A stretch of DNA of 44,635 nucleotides from Chthoniobacterales bacterium (lineage in GTDB: Bacteria > Verrucomicrobiota > Verrucomicrobiia > Chthoniobacterales > JAFAMB01): assembly GCA_035483355.1 (NCBI GenBank), contig DATHPZ010000004.1, positions 1 through 44,635 of the forward strand. Direction: 5' to 3'. The first letter of the stretch is position 1. Every line of letters starts with the position of its first letter. Below, in pieces: positions 28,488 through 35,716 of this stretch. Both the position numbers and the translations under genes were made by a program. The notes beneath the pieces are model-generated. The model had not been told where the DNA came from and ran no database searches. It worked only from the letters and a program-made list of their open reading frames with translations.

Positions 28488-29612
28488 TCACGCCGACACG
28501 CTCTCCCGATCGGGCTGGAAGGAGGAGATATCCGAGGAAGGCGTTTCTTCAACTGCCAATTGCGCCGCAAGCAATCCCACATATGGCCCCAGAGTCAGTC
28601 CGTACCGCCCAAGTCCCGTCGCCAGGATCAAACCGTCAATCGCAGCGGGCCGGCCGAGTAACGGCAAGCCGTCCCTGCTCATCGGCCGGAATCCGACCCG
28701 GATTTCCTCCAACGTTGCGTTCTTCAAGCCAGGCGCAATCCGCAATCCCTCCTGAAGTACCTCTGCGACTCCGCCGGCGGTCACCCGAAAATCGAATCCA
28801 GAACCGGTTTCGCGAGTTGCTCCCACCACGATTCGAGAATCGCGGAATGCAAGCATGTAATAGTCGCTCAGGACAGGCACGATAACAGGCAACGCCTCCG
28901 TATTTGTCTCTGAGACTTTGAGATGCAGGATCTGGCCGCGTTGCGGTCGAATCGCAAAATGAAGGCCAAGCGGCCGGCACAGTTCACTCGACCAGGCGCC
29001 CGCAGCGACGATCACAGCGTCCGCGCCGATGAATTCTTCGGCAACTTGCACACCGACGACGGCGCCGCTGGAACACCGTAAAACCGCAGTTCCAGACAAT
29101 TCCCCGGCCCCGGCTTTTCGCGCCGCTTTCAGCAGCGCAAGTCGGAGACTCTCTCCAGAAACTCGGGCGGCGCCGCTCAAATACACGCCGGCCAAGCCGG
29201 AATCGAGGTACGGAAATAACGCCTTGGGACCGCCGGTCTCAAGCAATCGGACTTCCCCAACCTCTTCGATTCCGCGCTCCAGATGCTTTTGCAATCTCCG
29301 GACGACAGGATCGAGTTGTTCGACGGACTCACCGACCACCAGACCGCCAACCACGTCGTAGTCCACGCCGTTTTTATTCGCCACCGAAAGCGTGGCGGCA
29401 AGTTCTGGGTAATACCTGACCGCCGCGAAGGAGAGAGTCTCATAGCGCGGATCCTGGTTAGCCGAAAGCCACGGACAAATAATTCCGGCGCCCGCAAGCG
29501 TTGCTCGACCTGGCGCATTGCTGTCTACCAGGTAAACTTCGACGCCAAATTGGGTCAGATGAAATGCGGCACTCGCCCCGGCGATTCCTGCTCCTACCAC
29601 CACGACTTTCAT
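28488..29612 (-). CDS. FAD-dependent oxidoreductase (DAO family)
   Basis: MKVVVVGAGIAGASAAFHL Rossmann GxGxxG motif and a ~374 aa DadA/ThiO-like layout. Substrate not assignable. Start trimmed to the ATG at 29612. Confidence 0.85.
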   Translation of the reverse strand: MKVVVVGAGIAGASAAFHLTQFGVEVYLVDSNAPGRATLAGAGIICPWLSANQDPRYETLSFAAVRYYPELAATLSVANKNGVDYDVVGGLVVGESVEQLDPVVRRLQKHLERGIEEVGEVRLLETGGPKALFPYLDSGLAGVYLSGAARVSGESLRLALLKAARKAGAGELSGTAVLRCSSGAVVGVQVAEEFIGADAVIVAAGAWSSELCRPLGLHFAIRPQRGQILHLKVSETNTEALPVIVPVLSDYYMLAFRDSRIVVGATRETGSGFDFRVTAGGVAEVLQEGLRIAPGLKNATLEEIRVGFRPMSRDGLPLLGRPAAIDGLILATGLGRYGLTLGPYVGLLAAQLAVEETPSSDISSFQPDRESVSA

Positions 29613-29738
29613 GAGGCGGTAGCTTCCGCTATTCCTGTCGATGACGCGAATCCGCAGCGGCCTAAGCTGGGCATCGACAAAGAAAGCGGCTCCTGGAAAG
29701 TCGTCGCCCTGGCTTCTCGGCTTCTCTTGAATCAGCGG

Positions 29739-30015
29739 GTCAAAGACCAAGCCTGTCCAACGTTATACACCCTAACGGGAAGTTGTCGAAAAACCATCCC
29801 GGAACGCGAGTTCCATTTGCCCTTTGTTACCTTTGCTTTCTTCTGTTCAAATTCTCTTTGCTTCCTTCTGTGCGCCGTCAAAGACCAAAGCCTTGCGAAC
29901 GTAACACGTTCAAACGGGAATTTGACGAGAGGCCATCTCGGAACGCCAGTCCTGGTTACCCTTTGTTACCTTTGCTTTCTTCTGTTCAAATTCTCTTTGC
30001 TTCCTTCTGTGCGCC
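29739..30015. repeat. Two tandem 138 bp half-units of the long-hairpin repeat family (right core plus right arm only)
   Basis: 29739-29876 and 29877-30015 both begin GTCAAAGACCAA and end CCCTTTGTTACCTTTGCTTTCTTCTGTTCAAATTCTCTTTGCTTCCTTCTGTGCGCC. They are alignable to the right half of the units at 38861-40050. Confidence 0.8.
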
Positions 30016-30069
30016 ATAATTTTCGCGGCCTGCATCGCTGACAATCTCCAGATTTGTCGGCGTTCCAGT

Positions 30070-30681
30070 CTAAGGCACCCTCCGCAACAGGCCGATCATC
30101 ACCCCCTGGATGACGAGTTCTGCCGCCGGAAGTAAGTCAGGATAAAGCGGATTCTCCGCTTTCAGGAATGGTTCGCCACGATCGAGCAGATAACGTTTCA
30201 AAGTGGATTCGCCGTCGATCAGTGCTGCGACGATTTCCCCGTTTTTCGGAACCCGTTTCTGAAGAAGCACCGTGTCACCGTCGGCGATCTGAGCGCCAAT
30301 CATCGAATCCCCACAAACCCTGACGGCAAAGACTTCCGCCCCGCTTTCTACCCCGAACGCTGCCAGATCGACCCCTACCTTGGCACTGCTCCATTCTAAC
30401 GCTTCGCTTGGCATGCCCGCCGGAATTTGGCCTAAGACCGGGATCGGCCGAAACCCGGGCAAAATACGTAAATTAGGATCGACCGCCGAACGAGCTTTTC
30501 CCGGGGTCCGATTGATCACACCCTTTCGTTCCAGGGCTCGCAGATGATTCATCGCGGCGGTCTGACTGTGAAACCCGAAGTACGCCTGGATTTCGCGACT
30601 CGAGGGGGGAAACCCGGTCTGTTGTTGTTGTTGCCGAATGAATTCGAGGACCTCCTGCTGGCGCGCGGTGAGTTCAGCCAT
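30070..30681 (-). CDS. lexA: LexA repressor (S24 peptidase)
   Basis: wHTH N-terminus (LTARQQEVLEFI...REIQAYFGF), cleavage-site region VLGQIPAGMP, catalytic GDSM and LKR. Confidence 0.95.
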   Translation of the reverse strand: MAELTARQQEVLEFIRQQQQQTGFPPSSREIQAYFGFHSQTAAMNHLRALERKGVINRTPGKARSAVDPNLRILPGFRPIPVLGQIPAGMPSEALEWSSAKVGVDLAAFGVESGAEVFAVRVCGDSMIGAQIADGDTVLLQKRVPKNGEIVAALIDGESTLKRYLLDRGEPFLKAENPLYPDLLPAAELVIQGVMIGLLRRVP

Positions 30682-30684
30682 AGA

Positions 30685-30698
30685 TGTTCAGCCGAACA
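30685..30698. promoter_or_regulatory. LexA operator (SOS box), Verrucomicrobia-type palindrome
   Basis: TGTTCAGCCGAACA is a perfect TGTTC-N4-GAACA palindrome ending 3 nt from the lexA ATG. On the lexA strand a TATTAT -10-like hexamer lies just upstream of it. Confidence 0.75.
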
Positions 30699-30730
30699 CT
30701 ATAATAGGAAGTTAACGGACGCAACAGAAA

Positions 30731-30967
30731 GCGTTCGGCGTTCGGCGTTCGGCGTTCGGCGGGTGCAGTCAGGACATCGGTAACACTTCTGGATCAGGAC
30801 ATTCATGGATGCGCTTTTACATGATGGTTAGAGCTGCTCGTCGGATAAGCAAAAGCGTCCCGCTCTATTTCTTATGAAAGACAGGTAAACCGGGACGGCT
30901 TACTTACCTCTCCGCAACCGCGCCCGCCGAACTGCGCCGCCGAACTGCGCCGCCGAACGCCGAACGC
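30731..30967. repeat. Heptamer-bracketed hairpin element (member 2) in the divergent lexA intergenic region
   Basis: (GCGTTCG)x4 at 30731-30762 faces inverted GCCGCCGAACTGC x2 plus CGAACGC x2 at 30921-30967. The outer 17 nt are perfectly complementary. The ~155 nt interior contains AGCGTCCCG (30854-30862) / CCGGGACGGCTT (30890-30901). Confidence 0.5.
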
Positions 30968-31006
30968 TTTTAGTTGCGGGCGTCACTTCCTGGTCCAAAC
31001 TTGAGC

Positions 31007-31432
31007 ATGCGCACGAAGCCCAGAAAGGAGATCGATCGAGACACCGCCCGAAGCATCCAGTATTATTCCGGCCGGCCAATCCAACTGGTCAGTCAGCGAA
31101 TTGAGGAACTTGAACAGGAAATACCTCTCGAAGCATTTGTCTACCGCGGAGGCGCCATCCTGACGATCGCCAGTCTCACCCTGCTGCTCCTGCGGCACAA
31201 GACCAGAACAGCGTGGACACTTGCCGTGGCCGTTGCCGCACTCCAGCTTCAATACTCTTATCAGGGCCGCAACGCGTTAACCGATATTTTGCGAAAGCGA
31301 GGCTACCGTTCGCGGAAGGAGATCGAAGCCGAGAAATATTCGCTCGAAGCGCTCCGGGGTGACTTTGCCGCTCTCACTGAACTCTCCGACCCGGTCGCGC
31401 GGGCGCGCAAGTGTCTCGATCTTTTTCTATGA
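31007..31432 (+). CDS. Hypothetical membrane protein
   Basis: 141 aa from the ATG at 31007, with two hydrophobic spans (GGAILTIASLTLLLL, WTLAVAVAALQL). Its stop overlaps the next gene's start (ATGA at 31429-31432). Confidence 0.5.
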   Translation: MRTKPRKEIDRDTARSIQYYSGRPIQLVSQRIEELEQEIPLEAFVYRGGAILTIASLTLLLLRHKTRTAWTLAVAVAALQLQYSYQGRNALTDILRKRGYRSRKEIEAEKYSLEALRGDFAALTELSDPVARARKCLDLFL

Positions 31433-32199
31433 TTCCCCCTCTGGTGACTCTCAGCCTGCTGGTGTTGTATTGTTCGCCGCTTCTTGCGCAAGATGACGCA
31501 GTCACGAATCGGGACCCGAATAAGCTCATTCTCTTGCTGTTGACCAGCATGCCCAAAGGCGGCGGCTACTCGGCGACCTCTGGCGCCACCCGCAATCTCC
31601 AATCGGCTGTTCAAGTGAGTGGAGGCAGACTTTACGTGAAACCGGCTGCCGCTCGACCGACTTACTGCTCCGGTGCGACCTACCTGGTCTTTATCCAAGC
31701 CATTCAAAGGTTGCTGCCCGAATCGCGAGTCGGAGAGCACCTTGCGGAAGCACTTGCGATCAGGGGGCAACCGGACGGAGTCGGTGTCTGGGGTCGCTGG
31801 AATGCGAACGGGCCCGGCACCGCCTGTCTATTTCGTGAGCTGAGACTAGGCCAAAATTTCACTTCGTTCGCCGAAGCCAGACCCGGTGATTTCATGAAGA
31901 TCTTTTGGACCGATGCTGTCGGTATGCGAGAGCATGGCCACTCTGTGATTTATCTAGGCAAAGGTCTGGCGAATGGCGTTGAGACCGTTCAGTTCTGGTC
32001 GAGCAACAAGCCCAACGGCTACGGCGAAAAAGAGGTACCGCGTTCGCGAATTTCTTACGCCATTTTTTCGCGCCTTGAAGCACCGTCCAATATAGAAGGG
32101 TCGGTGACTCTGCCATCGAAAAATGCTTATCTTTCGGGTCTGATCAGGAGGGAGTCTTCCATCGGCGAAGCACTCGACCAGTCCGGAATAATTCGCTAG
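31429..32199 (+). CDS. Secreted NlpC/P60-like (papain-fold) putative hydrolase
   Basis: Signal peptide MIPPLVTLSLLVLYCSPLLAQ. YCSGATYLVF resembles the NlpC/P60 Cys motif (xCSG). RPGDFMKIFW...HGHSVIYLG resembles the GD...H-V-x-I-Y-x-G His motif. The Cys-His spacing is longer than in canonical members. Confidence 0.5.
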   Translation: MIPPLVTLSLLVLYCSPLLAQDDAVTNRDPNKLILLLLTSMPKGGGYSATSGATRNLQSAVQVSGGRLYVKPAAARPTYCSGATYLVFIQAIQRLLPESRVGEHLAEALAIRGQPDGVGVWGRWNANGPGTACLFRELRLGQNFTSFAEARPGDFMKIFWTDAVGMREHGHSVIYLGKGLANGVETVQFWSSNKPNGYGEKEVPRSRISYAIFSRLEAPSNIEGSVTLPSKNAYLSGLIRRESSIGEALDQSGIIR

Positions 32200-32348
32200 G
32201 AACAGACGCGGAATAGGCTCGCCTGCTGCCGTCGCAAGGGCAGCGCAAAGCTCCCGCGCGGTCCGCCCGAAATAGAATTTGCATTTCACCAGAATTCGCC
32301 CACCATTGCCGGGTGCGAGGCCCCCGGCGCGCGCCTGAGGGTTTGAAA

Positions 32349-34238
32349 ATGAGCAAAGAATCCAAAAAAAAGAGTGGTATCCGAACAACATCTGATCCGG
32401 TCCCGTCTGAGAAAACCAAGGGGCAGGAACCCAAAAGTAAGGCTCCCATCGAGCCGGCCGACAAGCTGAAGTTTGAAGATTTAGGACCGTTACCGACCGG
32501 ATACGGCGAGATGTTTTTGATCGCGCGTGATCCACATTGGCTATTCACTTATTGGGATTTTGATTATTCGAAATTTCCGTCTCCGCGAAAACTGTTTATC
32601 CAGGTCTATCGAAATAATGAGCTCGAATCGACCGTCGAGATTAACGAAATCGCGCGCAATTGGTATATCCCGGTCCAATCAGCCGGATCGCCCTACAGCG
32701 TGGTTTTCGGATACCGGGACGCGAAAGACGCCTGGACAAGCGTAGGCAAGGCTGGACCGACTCAAACACCGCCAGAGTCGATTAGTCCAAATTGGGACAC
32801 CCAGTTTGCCACGGTGCCGTTCCACCTTAGCTTCAATTTTCTACTCGATGTCGTTTCGGCCGCGCGATCGGAAGGCCAGCCGTTGACGGAAACGTTGGCC
32901 CGCTTACAACAGGCAGCCATCGGCGGCGAAGCGGGCAGCTCGAGTTGGGGCGGCGAACAAATCAAGGTCTTGGAAACGCTACTCGGAAAACAATTTCTCG
33001 ATCGACTCTTCTCCATGAGTTCACAGGATGTCCTTCAATTTCTCCATTCAGAATTGAGCGGTCGCCTGGATTCGGAATCGGCCAGTGAGCTTCTTGCAAA
33101 AGGTCGTTTGGCTTCTTTGCTGGCCCCAGGGGAGTCCAGTTTGTTCAGCGCCTCGATCCGGGAATTTGTGCAACAGGAGCTCTCCAGCGGAGGAGTTAGC
33201 AGTTTCGGGAGTTCGGAGGTTGGCGGAGTCTCTTCACAGCTTGGCGGACTCTCTTCACAACTGGGCGGAGTTTCTTCACAACTCGGCGGCCTCTCCTCGC
33301 AACTCGGCGGCCTTTCTTCGGAAGTACTGGCCGGCGGAAGCGAAACGCTGGCCAGTTGGCAATCCGGAGTTAGAGCGATCATTTCAAATTGGGAACAGGC
33401 GCTCAGCTCACTGGGACTTGGCAGCGAAGTGATGGCCAGCTGGCACGCTGGTCTGGGGGAGATCGCCTCCAGTTTCACCAGTGCGGTCAGTTCGTATGGA
33501 TTCAGCAGCGAAACGCTGGCCAGCTGGCAGGCGGGTGTCGGAGAGATTTTCGCGAAATGGGAATCGGCGTTGAGTTCCTACGGGGTGAGCAGCGAGATGC
33601 TGGCCAGTTGGCAAGCAGGTCTTGGTGAAATTACCTCGAGTTGGGAGACTCTGCTCAGCTCGTACAGCCTGAGCAGCGAAATGCTTTCCAGCTGGGAGAC
33701 AGCGTTTGGGTCCTACAACGTCAGTTCGTTTTCTTTTGGATCCGAGCAAACGTCGAGCTGGAATCTTGCCAGCTGGAGTGGTTTGGAGTTTGGCCCCTCA
33801 AGTTGGGGCGCCTCGGAGTTCGGCCCTTCAAGCTGGAGCGGCTTGGAATTCGGCCTCTCCAGTTGGAGCGAGTTGGTTTCCGAAAGCAGTCTTTTCAGCG
33901 GGATCGGGGCAAGTTGGAGCGGGCAGCCTTTCGGCCAGTCCGGGCGCGAATTTTTCATGCATGTGAACGCTGAAGTGATCTTCTATGGCGGAACCGATCC
34001 GCAGGCGAAAGTCACGATCGCGGGCAGACCGGTTCAACTGCAACCAGATGGAACGTTCCGGTACCATTTTAAGTTTCCGGATGATGACTTCGAAATACCG
34101 ATTGTCGCCGTGTCTCCGGACGGCGTCGAGACGAGATCGGCGGTACTCTCCCTGCGACGGGATACCGCCCGGTATGGAGATGTCGACGCTACGGCGCAGC
34201 CCGAATATCTCGGCACGCCGATGGGCGAGAAGCATTAG
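32349..34238 (+). CDS. DUF4912 domain protein with a long internal Ser/Trp/Gly-rich repeat region
   Basis: GAGGG lies 8 nt before the ATG at 32349. N-terminal LPTGYGEMFLIARDPHWLFTYWDF matches the DUF4912 signature. The C-terminal FFMHVNAEVIFYGGTDPQAKVTIAGRPVQLQPDGTFRYHFKFPDDDFEIPIVAVSPDG module is typical of the family. Confidence 0.75.
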   Translation: MSKESKKKSGIRTTSDPVPSEKTKGQEPKSKAPIEPADKLKFEDLGPLPTGYGEMFLIARDPHWLFTYWDFDYSKFPSPRKLFIQVYRNNELESTVEINEIARNWYIPVQSAGSPYSVVFGYRDAKDAWTSVGKAGPTQTPPESISPNWDTQFATVPFHLSFNFLLDVVSAARSEGQPLTETLARLQQAAIGGEAGSSSWGGEQIKVLETLLGKQFLDRLFSMSSQDVLQFLHSELSGRLDSESASELLAKGRLASLLAPGESSLFSASIREFVQQELSSGGVSSFGSSEVGGVSSQLGGLSSQLGGVSSQLGGLSSQLGGLSSEVLAGGSETLASWQSGVRAIISNWEQALSSLGLGSEVMASWHAGLGEIASSFTSAVSSYGFSSETLASWQAGVGEIFAKWESALSSYGVSSEMLASWQAGLGEITSSWETLLSSYSLSSEMLSSWETAFGSYNVSSFSFGSEQTSSWNLASWSGLEFGPSSWGASEFGPSSWSGLEFGLSSWSELVSESSLFSGIGASWSGQPFGQSGREFFMHVNAEVIFYGGTDPQAKVTIAGRPVQLQPDGTFRYHFKFPDDDFEIPIVAVSPDGVETRSAVLSLRRDTARYGDVDATAQPEYLGTPMGEKH

Positions 34239-34300
34239 CCTGCGTTTGCCACAGACGACTCTTCCAGTGCAACCGTTCAAAGTCTCTCGGATTCTTTCGT

Positions 34301-34750
34301 GTGGATAAGACGAAGGAAATCATTGCCGAGCTGAGAAGATCCTACGCCATCGAGTTGGAGACGATCCAAAACTACCTCGCCAACTCGATCGGCCTGGAGG
34401 GAGCGGATGCGGAAGTCGTCAGGGAATCGCTCGAAGAACAGATTCCCCTCAAGCTGAAGCGCGCGCGGCGCCTGGCGAAACGAATCAATGTTCTGGGCGG
34501 TCGCCTCCCGGGCTCGCTGGAGTTGCCGCGTGATCAGAAATTATTACAACCACCGTCGGACAACGCTGATGTAACGGCGGTGATCCGAGGAGTCATCAGC
34601 GCAAACGAAGCATCCATCGGCCAGTACCAAAAGATCATCAATCTGACGGAGGGACACGATTACGTAACGCAAGACATGGTCATTGATCTTCTCTCCGACG
34701 AGCGAGAACATCGCCGGTCGTTTCTCACCTTTCTGACTCAGAACGCGTAG
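34301..34750 (+). CDS. Ferritin-like domain protein
   Basis: 149 aa four-helix pattern (AIELETIQNYLANS..., EEQIPLKLKRARRLAKRI, ANEASIGQYQKII, LLSDEREHRRSF). GTG start. Confidence 0.65.
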   Translation: MDKTKEIIAELRRSYAIELETIQNYLANSIGLEGADAEVVRESLEEQIPLKLKRARRLAKRINVLGGRLPGSLELPRDQKLLQPPSDNADVTAVIRGVISANEASIGQYQKIINLTEGHDYVTQDMVIDLLSDEREHRRSFLTFLTQNA

Positions 34751-34766
34751 TGTACTGTTCCCAGGC

Positions 34767-35666
34767 ATGGCGTACCCAAAAAAGGACCGGCTTCTTGAGC
34801 GCTACCTGGAGTATCTTCATGTCGAACGAAATGCCTCTCCTCGGACTGTCGTTGCCTATCGAATTGCCCTGGCGAAATTCAAGCATTTCGCGGCCGGAAA
34901 GACATCGTGGGTAGACTGCACCGCACAACAGTTCCGCGCCTTTCTGCTTGACTGCATGAAAAACGGGATGGCCAGATCGTATGTCCGGCTCACGTTCGCC
35001 GCATTGCGCAGCTTCTATAAATACCTGGTCGAACGGGAAGGATTTCACCATAACCCACTAAGGGAAGTGCAACTGCCAAAGATGGAAAAAAAACTCCCGA
35101 TTGTTCTTTCAGTCTCACAGGTCGATGAACTGTTGACGGCACCGAACAAGATCGAACGCCAGTCTCAAGCTCCTGCCTGGGCCGCGGCACGCGACGCAGC
35201 GATGATGGAGCTTTTCTACAGCAGCGGTCTTCGTCTGAGCGAACTAGCCGCTTTGAATGTCGCCGATGTCGATACATTCAGCGAGACCGTGCGCGTGCTC
35301 GGAAAAGGTCGCAAAGAAAGAATCGTTCCGGTGGGACAATTGGCATTGAAGGCAATCCAGCAATACCGGATGGAAGCAGGCGTGCAATCCGGCCCGCTGT
35401 TCCTGAGTAAATTAAGAAAGCGCATGTCTGTGCGATCCGTATGGTTGATGCTGAAGAAACATTCATCTCAGACATCCATCCAACTTAGCGTCAGCCCGCA
35501 CAAACTTCGCCACAGCTTTGCAACGCATCTTCTGGATAACGGCGCCGATTTGCGAAGTGTCCAGACTTTGCTCGGGCATGCCAACCTTTCAACGACACAG
35601 ATTTACACGCATGTCACAATGGAGCGCGTCAAAAAGGCCTACGACGATGCGCATCCGCGCTCCTGA
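34767..35666 (+). CDS. xerC: Tyrosine recombinase XerC/XerD
   Basis: 299 aa. The N-terminal SAM-like domain is followed by catalytic residues in SGLRLSEL, HKLRHSFATHLL and LGHANLSTTQIYTHV. XerC versus XerD is not resolved. Confidence 0.88.
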   Translation: MAYPKKDRLLERYLEYLHVERNASPRTVVAYRIALAKFKHFAAGKTSWVDCTAQQFRAFLLDCMKNGMARSYVRLTFAALRSFYKYLVEREGFHHNPLREVQLPKMEKKLPIVLSVSQVDELLTAPNKIERQSQAPAWAAARDAAMMELFYSSGLRLSELAALNVADVDTFSETVRVLGKGRKERIVPVGQLALKAIQQYRMEAGVQSGPLFLSKLRKRMSVRSVWLMLKKHSSQTSIQLSVSPHKLRHSFATHLLDNGADLRSVQTLLGHANLSTTQIYTHVTMERVKKAYDDAHPRS

Positions 35667-35716
35667 GCCAGAAAATCTCTGCCGTTTCGTTGATCCACCG
35701 GCACCCGTTTTGCACT

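Noticed and set aside
28488-29612. Calling the FAD oxidoreductase ThiO (glycine oxidase) because thiH/thiS are in the window
   Set aside because: It is 16 kb from the thi genes. ThiH already supplies the dehydroglycine route. Only the generic DAO-family GxGxxG fold is visible, so a specific assignment is not justified.
29283-30041. 252 aa plus-strand ORF spanning the oxidoreductase 5' end and the half-unit repeats
   Set aside because: Part of it is antisense to a well-supported FAD oxidoreductase gene and the rest runs through repeat DNA. It has no recognisable domain.
33035-33749. Minus-strand and alternative-frame ORFs (147, 113, 115 and 110 aa) within the DUF4912 repeat region
   Set aside because: They are open only because the tandem repeats lack stop codons in several frames. 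The DUF4912 frame is the one continuous with conserved N- and C-terminal modules.
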